NCBI GenBank assembly: GCA_964447495.1
Contig: CAYUTF010000015.1
Span: forward strand, 10,387-56,065
Source of the DNA: an uncultured archaeon
GTDB taxonomy: Archaea > Asgardarchaeota > Lokiarchaeia > Sigyniarchaeales > SOKP01
DNA length: 45,679 nt
Direction of reading: 5' to 3'
Positions within the stretch are counted from its first letter, which is position 1, and every line of letters begins with the position of its first letter. A program made the position numbers and the translations under genes. Under the pieces are notes generated by a model that saw nothing but the letters and a program-made list of their open reading frames with translations, did not search any database and was not told the DNA's origin. Below, one piece after another: positions 28,924 to 37,833 of this stretch.

Positions 28924-30132
28924 TTGACCACAATTAAAGATAAGAAAAAAAAGGAAGAAACTAAAGATGGAGAATATTTAATTACATATACTAGACATTT
29001 AGAAAAGAGACTTCGTAATTTAGAAACGGAAAAGCAATTATTAGATGCTGAACGATTAAGATTAGAACAAGAATTACATAGTTTGAGAAATGAAATTGAT
29101 AGATTAAGAGAACCTCCATTAGTATCTGCCACAATCATAGACTTTTTAGATGATAAGGGAAGAGCTATAGTTAAAAGTTCTACAGGTCCCAGTTTTGTAG
29201 TAAATATGAGTAGAAAAGTCAAAAATGAGAAATTAACCCCTGGGACAAGGGTAGCCCTAAACCAGAGAACATTTGCTATTATGGAAGTTCTACCAACAAA
29301 ATTGGACCCATTCGTAAAAGGCATGGAAGTTGTCGATTCGGTCCCAGATATTTCTTATGAAGATGTTGGTGGTTTAGGAGAACAATTACAAGAAGTAAGA
29401 GAGACTGTGGAGTTGCCCCTATTAAAACCTGAATTATTTAAAAAGGTGGGAATTGATCCTCCTAAAGGTGTATTACTATATGGCGCCCCAGGAACAGGAA
29501 AAACATTAGTAGCTAAAGCTGTTGCCCATGAAACAAACGCAACTTTCATTAGAATCATTGGTTCAGAATTAGTGCAAAAATTTATTGGTGAGGGTGCTCG
29601 TTTAGTTAGGGAAATATTTAATTTAGCGAAAGATAAAGCCCCAACTATTTTATTTATTGATGAATTAGATGCTATTGGGTCTCAAAGATTAAAGATTGCA
29701 ACTTCTGGAGATCGTGAAGTTCAAAGAACTCTAATGCAACTTTTGAGCGAATTGGATGGATTTGAACAAAGAGGAGATGTTAAAATTATCGGTGCTACTA
29801 ATAGAATTGACATATTAGATCCTGCTTTATTAAGACCCGGAAGGTTTGATCGTATGATAGATTTTCCTATTCCTGATGAGGAATCAAGAACCGCAATATT
29901 TAAAATTCACATGAGAACTCTAAATATTGAAGGAAATGTCAATGTTAGAAAGTTAGTTGAATTGGCAGAAGGCGCTACAGGAGCAGATATAAAAGCAGTT
30001 TGTACTGAAGCAGGAATGTTTGCAATTAGAAAGGAAGCAGAGATAATAATTGAAGATGATTTTATTCAAGCTGTAAATAAAGTAATGCACAAACTTAATG
30101 ATAAAAACTTTGAATCACGATTATATTCCTAA
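28924..30132 (+). CDS. pan: Proteasome-activating nucleotidase
   Basis: Coiled coil, PP-OB fold, [34 protein letters not shown]-terminal HbYX motif (LYS). Confidence 0.97.
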   Translation: MTTIKDKKKKEETKDGEYLITYTRHLEKRLRNLETEKQLLDAERLRLEQELHSLRNEIDRLREPPLVSATIIDFLDDKGRAIVKSSTGPSFVVNMSRKVKNEKLTPGTRVALNQRTFAIMEVLPTKLDPFVKGMEVVDSVPDISYEDVGGLGEQLQEVRETVELPLLKPELFKKVGIDPPKGVLLYGAPGTGKTLVAKAVAHETNATFIRIIGSELVQKFIGEGARLVREIFNLAKDKAPTILFIDELDAIGSQRLKIATSGDREVQRTLMQLLSELDGFEQRGDVKIIGATNRIDILDPALLRPGRFDRMIDFPIPDEESRTAIFKIHMRTLNIEGNVNVRKLVELAEGATGADIKAVCTEAGMFAIRKEAEIIIEDDFIQAVNKVMHKLNDKNFESRLYS

Positions 30133-30210
30133 ATAACGCCACTCATTATTATAAAATATTCATTGATTTCACTATTCGAGAATTTAAATTAAACTAATTG
30201 CTAATTTAAA

Positions 30211-30699
30211 ATGTCTGCTAGCTTTTTAGACTTAAGAAAGATCAAGGCAATTTCTGATTATCAATTTAATCCTATAATTACGGATATATTATTTGACATT
30301 GAAAATAATATAAAAATAGAATATTCAAAAAATACAAATAGAATTAAATATATCTATGATAATGATCAATTACTACTCTCTTTTAGACCTACAAATGGTT
30401 TTTTTACTCTAAGTCTATTTGCTGCTAAAAAGATAATACAAAACTCTAATAAACCTTTTTTACGAGTGATAGTTATGAGCGAAATATCTGAATTTATTAA
30501 AAAAGGTAGAAATGTATTTTGCAAACATGTGATTGACATTGATAATAATTTAAGACCATTAGATGAACTTATAGTAGTTAATGAGGAAGATGAATTATTA
30601 GGTATAGGGAGATTAATGATACCAGTTGCTTATGTTAAGGTGTTTAACATAGGTGTGGCAATAAAAGTTAGAAAAGGTATCTTTAAATCAAAAATATAA
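30211..30699 (+). CDS. PUA-domain protein (similar to the arcTGT C-terminal region)
   Basis: ISDYQF, SKNTNRI, GRNVFCKHV..D..LRP.DE..VV...DELLGIG, VRKG. Confidence 0.85.
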   Translation: MSASFLDLRKIKAISDYQFNPIITDILFDIENNIKIEYSKNTNRIKYIYDNDQLLLSFRPTNGFFTLSLFAAKKIIQNSNKPFLRVIVMSEISEFIKKGRNVFCKHVIDIDNNLRPLDELIVVNEEDELLGIGRLMIPVAYVKVFNIGVAIKVRKGIFKSKI

Positions 30700-30743
30700 A
30701 CATCAATTAATTATTATATAATAATCTTAGAATTAAAAAACCA

Positions 30744-31232
30744 GTGAAAAATGTGGTAAAATTACCCAAAGAAATGCAAAAAAAGGAAAATAGCAAACCA
30801 AAACGTCCAACTCCAGTTGCAAAAAGAGAAGGTCAGCATTATGGATCAAGACAGATGCGACGTCGAATGCAACAGCAAGGAATTGAAATGGATCAAATCA
30901 ATGCTACTAGAGTAATTATTGAAGGACCAGAAAAAAGTCTTGTAATTGAACAACCTGAAGTAGTTTTGATGAAACAAATGGGACAGGAAATATATCAAGT
31001 TATAGGGGAGGCAAATGAATATAACCCAAATGAAATTTCAATAGAACAAACAGAATCTCTAGAAACGGGTGAGCAAATTGAAGATTCAGAGGTTAAACCC
31101 AAAATAACTGAAAATGATATAATGCTAGTGGCTACTCAAGCTAATGTTGAAAGAGAGGAAGCTGAAGCGGTATTAAATGATTGCGATGGAGATATTGCGA
31201 AAGCTATCTTATTATTAAAAAATCGACCATAA
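30744..31232 (+). CDS. nac: Nascent polypeptide-associated complex protein
   Basis: RQMRRRMQQQG, IEQPEV, YQVIG, and a C-terminal UBA (DIMLVATQANV...GDIAKAIL). Confidence 0.93.
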   Translation: MKNVVKLPKEMQKKENSKPKRPTPVAKREGQHYGSRQMRRRMQQQGIEMDQINATRVIIEGPEKSLVIEQPEVVLMKQMGQEIYQVIGEANEYNPNEISIEQTESLETGEQIEDSEVKPKITENDIMLVATQANVEREEAEAVLNDCDGDIAKAILLLKNRP

Positions 31233-31313
31233 AAACTAAAAAAAACTAAAAAAAATAACAATTAAGAATTATCCACAATTTTGAATTTATATAATTTATT
31301 TGGAATTTAAATC

Positions 31314-31667
31314 ATGTCGAAAATTAAAAAGAAAAAAGCGAGTTATGAATCAACAATATCAAAGGAAAATATTAAATTTGAAAAAATAATTCAATTTTCC
31401 GGTTATGCCTTTCTACTAGCTCTAATTCTTTTAATGGGTGCTTGGGTTTTCTTAGATTTTATTCTAGATATTATTGAAATTGAATTAAATGCATCTACTT
31501 ATGCGATCATATTATTTACTGGAACAAATACCGCTATAAGTTTTGGTTTAGCATCAAAAATTAAGGAAAATAGGAGTCAAAAAAAGAAATTGTATTTTGA
31601 TTGGTTGCTTGGAGTTTTCTTAATTTCTATGATGGCTATCTTCGCGATAGCTATTTATCGATGGTAA
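31314..31667 (+). CDS. Hypothetical membrane protein (about 3 TM)
   Basis: Three hydrophobic segments. Confidence 0.7.
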   Translation: MSKIKKKKASYESTISKENIKFEKIIQFSGYAFLLALILLMGAWVFLDFILDIIEIELNASTYAIILFTGTNTAISFGLASKIKENRSQKKKLYFDWLLGVFLISMMAIFAIAIYRW

Positions 31668-31699
31668 AATTATCCTTAATTTTTGATTAATCAACCATT

Positions 31700-32029
31700 T
31701 TATTTGTAATCTTCTCTTGATGGATTAAACACATCAATTATCTCAGCTTCTTCTAAAATTTTAGCTCCATGTTTTTCATTTGATTGGAATATATAACTGT
31801 CGCCTTCTTGAGCTATAAATTCTCCATCTTCTGTATAAAATTGAATTTTTCCCTTTATTATATAACCAACTTGATGTTCTTTATGTGAATGTATTGGTAT
31901 TTCTGAATTTTTTTTAAGAATGAAATGACATAACATTAAATCACTGTTAAATAATAGAGTTCTTCTATAAATTCCCTTGAGCATTTTAATTGGCTTAATT
32001 TGATTTTTATTTTTGAAATTTCTATTCAT
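31700..32029 (-). CDS. Cupin-2 domain protein
   Basis: PIHSHKEHQ..Y..KG, EGD, H, DVFNPSREDY. Confidence 0.88.
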   Translation of the reverse strand: MNRNFKNKNQIKPIKMLKGIYRRTLLFNSDLMLCHFILKKNSEIPIHSHKEHQVGYIIKGKIQFYTEDGEFIAQEGDSYIFQSNEKHGAKILEEAEIIDVFNPSREDYK

Positions 32030-32441
32030 TTTAAAAAATTATTATTTCTAAAAGTTTACTTTAATTAATATAAGAATCTCTAATTTTAAATTTACATAAT
32101 TGGGAATAAATCATAAAATCAGTATCGCCGACATTTTTATATATTTAATGTTATTCTTTGAAAGAAGGTTATATCTAACAAAAAATTATGCTAGTGATTG
32201 ATTATGTATATGAAATAGGTAATCAAACACTATAATTTGATGATTTAAATTAATAAAATAAGTTTAAATTGGAAAGATAAATAAATTTTTATATCAGAAA
32301 AGGTAAAATATTAACGATAAGAACTGTTCAATTAATAAATTAAATCGGTTCTTCATTCCGACAAAATTAATTAACAGTTATTCTATATCGAACCTTATTT
32401 AGATGTAAGAATATTAGAATTGTATAGAGTGAAATATTACT

Positions 32442-34565
32442 ATGGTTTTGTTACCAGAACATAAAACAACAAAAAATAAAATAAGAAGTAATTTTTTACA
32501 AACACTGTTACCAAGAGTATTCAGGACTGAAGGTGATGTAGTCCCATTTGATCCCTTAAAGATTGAGGAAAGTATTATAAAAGAGACAGGATTAGATGAA
32601 ATCTCTGCTCATCAAATTACTGAATTAACAGTCCGAAGAATTATCTCGTCAGGTATAAAATTTCTTTCTGGACCCCATATTCGAGAGATTGTGTGTTCAA
32701 TCTTGTCAGAACAGCATTATGAAGAAGAGAGAAAACTTTATACAAGGATAGGTATGCCTTTAATGGATTATGAGGCAATTTTGGAAAAAGGTATAAACGA
32801 AAATGCTAATCAAGATATGAATCCAGAGAGTATTCATCATTGGGCGGCGAATAGAATATCAGATGAATATGCACTTTTAAGAATTTTAGATTCAGAAGAA
32901 GCTCATGCTCATCTCTATGGTGATATTCATATACATATGCTTCGATATTTTGATTTAAGACCTTTTTGTCAAGAATGGGACCCAAGAATGATACTTGAAA
33001 ATGGATTACCCCCAGTTGACAGTTGGGCTCATTGTAATAAATCTGGTCCTGCGGGAAGTCTGAGAGTGGCAGTAACTCATTTAGCAAAATGGCTTGGAAT
33101 CATTCAAGGAGAGTTTAGTGGAGGTCAAGGATATGATTATATAACCACTTTTCTTGCACCATTTACTAAAGGTCTTTCTGAAAGGGATATTGAACAATCA
33201 ATGCAGTGTTTAATCTTTGAAACAAATCAAATATTTGCTGCTAGAGGGGGTCAAGTACCTTTTACATCAATATCTTGCACTCCAACTGTTCCAGAGGGGT
33301 TATTAAATATTCCTGCTATAGGTGCTTATGGGAAAGTTATTGGAAGATATGGAGATTATAAAGAAGAATGCCTCAAGTTATTCGATGCATTAACTAAGGT
33401 TTATATTAAAGGGGATTATAACGGAAAATTATTTGCATTTCCGAAACACGAAATAAAAATAAAAAAAGAGTGGTTGAAAGAATTTGAACCCTCTTACTTA
33501 CAAGTAATGGAAGAGGTAGCTACAATGGGAACCCCTTATTTTTTAAATATGTGTCCAGATTGGATGCCCGATGAGATTCACAGTCAATGTTGTAGAAAAT
33601 TCCTCAGTGGAAATCAGATTATTAATAAATGTATTCTTGATCCAGAAAAAAGAAAAAATACGAATGTATGGGAAAATTACGTTACTATTGGTTCACTACA
33701 AAGTGTTAGCTTAAACCTTCCTAGATATGCTTATATGTCAAAATGTGAAGACGACTATTTTGGGATTTTGGATGATAAGATGGAATTATGTGCTAGAATT
33801 TTAAAAAAGAAATGGGATTTGATGGAGAAGCGACTTAAATCCGGACATTTACCTTTATGTAGTGGTAAAATTAACGGCGAATCAATATTTAAATTAAAGG
33901 ATCAAAATCTTTCTATCGGTTATACCGGCTTAAATGAATCCATTAAAAGTATCACTGGATTTGAAATACATGAAAGTGATTCTGCGTATAATTTTGGAAG
34001 AAAAGTGTTAGAATATATGGTTGCTAAATGCAATTCGATGACCGAGAGAGATAATAAGGTTTATTCTCTTTGGCAGCAACCTAGTGAGAATACGGCCAAA
34101 AGGTTAGCAGGATTAGATTTAAAACATTTCCCAAAAAAAGCAATACCTCAATCAAAAGGAATATCCGCCTACTACACTAATTCGGATCACATTCGTTATG
34201 ATGCAGATATCCCCTTGTCAAAGCGAATAAAATTACAGGGAGATTATCATCCCATTGTAAATGGTGGCGTTATTACTCATATCTGGTTAGGAGAACAGAA
34301 ACCGGATATTGACGGATTATGGGAACTCACGAAAAATATTTGCCTTAATACGAATACCGCCTATTTCACTTTTACTATTGATTTTACATTTTGTCCTCAT
34401 TGTCGAAAGATGTTCAGAGGCGGTCAATGGATTTGTCCACAGTGTCATTCCAATGATGTAAAAGTTTACTCTCGAATAACGGGATATTACAGTGAAGTAA
34501 ATAGATATAATGAGGGTAAAAAAGCGGAATGGGAATCACGTAAGAGAGAGAACTTAAATTTTTAA
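32442..34565 (+). CDS. nrdD: Anaerobic (class III) ribonucleoside-triphosphate reductase with ATP cone
   Basis: N-terminal ATP cone, ARGGQVPFTS, SQCCR, SLNLPR, YYTNS, GGVITH, CxxC...CxxC, glycyl-radical motif SRITGYY. Confidence 0.95.
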   Translation: MVLLPEHKTTKNKIRSNFLQTLLPRVFRTEGDVVPFDPLKIEESIIKETGLDEISAHQITELTVRRIISSGIKFLSGPHIREIVCSILSEQHYEEERKLYTRIGMPLMDYEAILEKGINENANQDMNPESIHHWAANRISDEYALLRILDSEEAHAHLYGDIHIHMLRYFDLRPFCQEWDPRMILENGLPPVDSWAHCNKSGPAGSLRVAVTHLAKWLGIIQGEFSGGQGYDYITTFLAPFTKGLSERDIEQSMQCLIFETNQIFAARGGQVPFTSISCTPTVPEGLLNIPAIGAYGKVIGRYGDYKEECLKLFDALTKVYIKGDYNGKLFAFPKHEIKIKKEWLKEFEPSYLQVMEEVATMGTPYFLNMCPDWMPDEIHSQCCRKFLSGNQIINKCILDPEKRKNTNVWENYVTIGSLQSVSLNLPRYAYMSKCEDDYFGILDDKMELCARILKKKWDLMEKRLKSGHLPLCSGKINGESIFKLKDQNLSIGYTGLNESIKSITGFEIHESDSAYNFGRKVLEYMVAKCNSMTERDNKVYSLWQQPSENTAKRLAGLDLKHFPKKAIPQSKGISAYYTNSDHIRYDADIPLSKRIKLQGDYHPIVNGGVITHIWLGEQKPDIDGLWELTKNICLNTNTAYFTFTIDFTFCPHCRKMFRGGQWICPQCHSNDVKVYSRITGYYSEVNRYNEGKKAEWESRKRENLNF

Positions 34566-34604
34566 CACTATTCTTTTTAAATAATTTGAAGTATTAATAG
34601 AACT

Positions 34605-34922
34605 ATGAGAGAAAAATTGACATTAGATGATATCCAACAACTTGTTGATGACTGGATTCAAAAGCATGGAGGTTATTGGTCTCCACTTTCTATGTTAAGT
34701 GCAGTTATTGAGGAATTAGGAGAAATCTCAAGAGAGATTAACTATTTAGAAGGTTATAAACCAAAAAAAGATAATAAAGAAAAATCAAATTTAGATGAGG
34801 AACTGGCAGATCTCATCTTTTCCATAATTTGTATTGCTAATCACTACAAGGTTAATTTAAGTGTAGAATTAACCAAGGTAATGGAAAAGTACTCGAAGCG
34901 AGATTCAAAAAGATTTCAATAA
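34605..34922 (+). CDS. MazG-like nucleotide pyrophosphohydrolase (YpjD-like)
   Basis: GYWSPL, EELGE..RE, EELAD, KYSKRD. Confidence 0.9.
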   Translation: MREKLTLDDIQQLVDDWIQKHGGYWSPLSMLSAVIEELGEISREINYLEGYKPKKDNKEKSNLDEELADLIFSIICIANHYKVNLSVELTKVMEKYSKRDSKRFQ

Positions 34923-34998
34923 AAGAATTAACAATCTCTTTATGCTAATTATATTTGATATTTTCTGCAAAATTTTAATTGTTTAAAATTTTCTCATT

Positions 34999-36207
34999 AT
35001 GAAAGATATCACAAAATTAAATATCAATATGTTACAAGAAGGATTAGAGAAACAGAAAATAATTAGGATTCTAGAGAAGAAACTTAAATTAGATCACACT
35101 TATGATGATGGTTCAATTTTAGGGTCTATGTGCACTGAACCATTAGATTTTGGCAAAGAGATATATTTTAAGTATTTATCTAAGAATTTGGGAGATCCAG
35201 GATTATTTTTAGGGACCGCAAGCCTTGAAAAAGAAATAGTGTCTGAACTTGGAGAACTATTTGGAGATAAAAACATAATTGGAACTTTTACCTCGGGTGG
35301 TTCAGAAGCGAATCTTATTGCTATGAGGATTGCAAAAAAATTACGACCAGATATTAAAAGACCTGAAGTAGTAGCTCCTAAATCTGCCCATATATCTTTT
35401 GATAAAGCTGCTGATTTATTAGACATAAAGTTAAGGAAAGTAAATTTGCTTGACAATTTTGAAGTCGATTTAAATCATTTCGAGGAATTAATAAATAATA
35501 ACACCTGTGGAGTTATTGGAGTAGCAGGTACAAGTTCTTTAGGATTAATAGATCCAATAGAAAAAATTGGTAGATTAATCGAAGGTAAAAATATTTTTTT
35601 CCATGTTGATGCCGCATTTGGAGGTTTTGTCTTACCGTTTCTTAAATATTTAAATTATAAAATTGAACCATGGGATTTTTCTGTCAAATTTGTAGGTTCA
35701 ATCACTGCAGATCCCCATAAAATGGGATTAGGATTAATTCCTACAGGTGGTTTTTTTATAAGAGATCCTCAAATTTTGCAAAAAACCGGTTTTGAAATTC
35801 CTTATTTAGCTGGAGGTAATTTTAAACATTTTCAAATAGTGGGTACAAGACCTGGTGGAACCGTGATATCTTTCTGGGCAATAATGAAATACCTTGGTTT
35901 AGATGGCTTTATAAGAGTAATTAAAAGATGTATGGATAATACTCATTACTTGATTAAAAGAATTTCAGAAATTAATGGAGTCAAATTAGCAGCTCAACCA
36001 AAAATGAATGTTGTTGGAATCACCACTGAAAATGGGGATAGTATCTGTGAAATTGATGAGGAATTGAGGAAAAAAAAATGGATGCTTGGAAAATTTAAAG
36101 ATTTTAATCTAATTAGGATTGTAGTAATGCCCCATGTAATGAAAGAGCATTTAGATTTGTTCATAAATGATTTAGAGCTCACTTTAAAAAAACTTGGAAT
36201 AAATTAA
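34999..36207 (+). CDS. mfnA: PLP-dependent tyrosine/aspartate decarboxylase
   Basis: ILGSMCTEP, NLGDPGLF.GT, SGGSEAN, HVDAAFGG, DPHKMG, GTRPG, RIVVMPH. Confidence 0.92.
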   Translation: MKDITKLNINMLQEGLEKQKIIRILEKKLKLDHTYDDGSILGSMCTEPLDFGKEIYFKYLSKNLGDPGLFLGTASLEKEIVSELGELFGDKNIIGTFTSGGSEANLIAMRIAKKLRPDIKRPEVVAPKSAHISFDKAADLLDIKLRKVNLLDNFEVDLNHFEELINNNTCGVIGVAGTSSLGLIDPIEKIGRLIEGKNIFFHVDAAFGGFVLPFLKYLNYKIEPWDFSVKFVGSITADPHKMGLGLIPTGGFFIRDPQILQKTGFEIPYLAGGNFKHFQIVGTRPGGTVISFWAIMKYLGLDGFIRVIKRCMDNTHYLIKRISEINGVKLAAQPKMNVVGITTENGDSICEIDEELRKKKWMLGKFKDFNLIRIVVMPHVMKEHLDLFINDLELTLKKLGIN

Positions 36208-36218
36208 AGATAACTATT

Positions 36219-36830
36219 TCAAATCTCAATATCTTTCCATGAATGAATTTTTAATACTTCTATATTTTTGCCGATAATACTTTCAATTTCCTCGATTTCT
36301 TCTAAAATTATCATATCTGCTTTATTATTTTTTTCATATATATATAACAAATCGAGATTTTTCCAATCCATATTCATCAACTGACTTATCAATCTATCAC
36401 ACTTTTTTTTAATACCCTGAAGAGCAATACCAGATAATGTAGGATTAATTTTTGAATAATCATTATAAATTAAAGGTCCACCACTCACTATTAGATTACG
36501 TGGATCAAATCCCAGATTTTTCAAAATTTTCTTAGAATGATTAGCAGAAAGTAAGATGTATTTATTTTCCTTGATAAGATTTTTTAATTCTAATATGTAT
36601 TCTTCTTTTGATTTTTTTGAGTTTGAATATAAATCTACTTGTAAATATTTAGCAAATAGAGGTTGAAGTTTGCTTTCTAAGGTATTTAATAATGAAGTAA
36701 ACAAATTTAGTTGATTTCCATTTAATTCAAAATTCGGAACACAATTTCTGATTAATATTTTAATTTCAAGTAAAGTATCAATAGCTTCTAAAAGGGATTG
36801 AACTTCTTTCGAATTAATCTTTAAAATCAC
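36219..36830 (-). CDS. DUF2100-like hypothetical protein
   Basis: 'KKILKNLGFDPRNLIVSGGPL...Y.KINP.L...AL.GI.KKC' pattern recalled for this archaeal family. Confidence 0.7.
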   Translation of the reverse strand: MILKINSKEVQSLLEAIDTLLEIKILIRNCVPNFELNGNQLNLFTSLLNTLESKLQPLFAKYLQVDLYSNSKKSKEEYILELKNLIKENKYILLSANHSKKILKNLGFDPRNLIVSGGPLIYNDYSKINPTLSGIALQGIKKKCDRLISQLMNMDWKNLDLLYIYEKNNKADMIILEEIEEIESIIGKNIEVLKIHSWKDIEI

Positions 36831-36968
36831 TTTATTCTTTTTCTATAATAATTAATATAAAAATAAATAATAAATAAGAATTTTATAATATCCCACTGAA
36901 ACATATTTATAAAACAAAAAATAATTAATTTATTAGGGTTAAAATTCTCGTAAAAAATGGAATAGAGA

Positions 36969-37784
36969 ATGGTTAAAGATAAAAAGAAAACTATAGGAAT
37001 TAAAACTACAAGATATTTCACAAAAACCTGCAGTAAATGTAAATTTGAATATCCAAACTGGTTTACGAATTGCCCAAGATGTGGTGCTGCATGGGATGAA
37101 GAAGAAGCACATGCAGATATAATCAGAGGAGATATTCTTAAAAAAACAATAAAGATCGTTGTAAAAATAACAGAGGAAGATTTTGATGAATCAATTGAAG
37201 ACGTTAAGCTAATTTTTAGCGCAGATCAAGGAAATAATTGGTATCAAATGAGTATGGAAAACAAGAAAGATTATTTTATTGCTGAAATTGCTGAGGTCCC
37301 AATTGGTTCTACCGTTATTTATTATATTGAAGTATTATTACAAAATGAAGAAACTATTATAGAAAATAATGAAGGCAATTATTTTTACTATAAAGTAGGG
37401 GCTCCTATTGAGCAAGAAACAAGTAATGGAGAAAAAAGAGAAAAAAGTGAATTAAAATCAGAGATTCCAATGGGAAAGTCTTTTCCATTAGAAGATGATT
37501 TTAAAATATCCCAATCAAATGAGTTTCGTAAACCTAATGTGCCTCAAAAAGACGTTTATTTCAAACCTAAGGGGGATCAACCAGTAAAATATGTTTCATT
37601 TGATAAACACCAAAAAATTATTGAACCAAATAAGACTCCCAAATATTACCAACCAGAAGATAATTTAACTATTTTTGGAAAACCACAGACTGAAATTGAT
37701 CCTAATTTAAAATTATGTCCGTATTGTAATTCAAAAATCAAAAAAGTCTGGAGTACTTGCCCTATTTGTGGTAGAGACTTATAG
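36969..37784 (+). CDS. Protein with N- and C-terminal zinc ribbons and a central beta-sandwich-like domain
   Basis: CSKC..CPRC; VKLIFS..QGNNW..MSM....FIAEI...GSTVIYYIEV; low-complexity linker; CPYC..CPIC. Confidence 0.8.
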   Translation: MVKDKKKTIGIKTTRYFTKTCSKCKFEYPNWFTNCPRCGAAWDEEEAHADIIRGDILKKTIKIVVKITEEDFDESIEDVKLIFSADQGNNWYQMSMENKKDYFIAEIAEVPIGSTVIYYIEVLLQNEETIIENNEGNYFYYKVGAPIEQETSNGEKREKSELKSEIPMGKSFPLEDDFKISQSNEFRKPNVPQKDVYFKPKGDQPVKYVSFDKHQKIIEPNKTPKYYQPEDNLTIFGKPQTEIDPNLKLCPYCNSKIKKVWSTCPICGRDL

Positions 37785-37833
37785 ATTTAGAAGAAGAATA
37801 AAATTTATAGTATAGATAATAAATAGAGTCATA

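Noticed and set aside
31231-31258. AAAAACTAAA-type short tandem repeat after nac
   Set aside because: Low-complexity A-rich sequence with two copies only; not CRISPR-like.
1507-34565. Inteins in RtcB, Cdc6, DP2, RpoB or NrdD
   Set aside because: Lengths are ordinary, and no C/S...HN splice motifs or LAGLIDADG inserts are evident.
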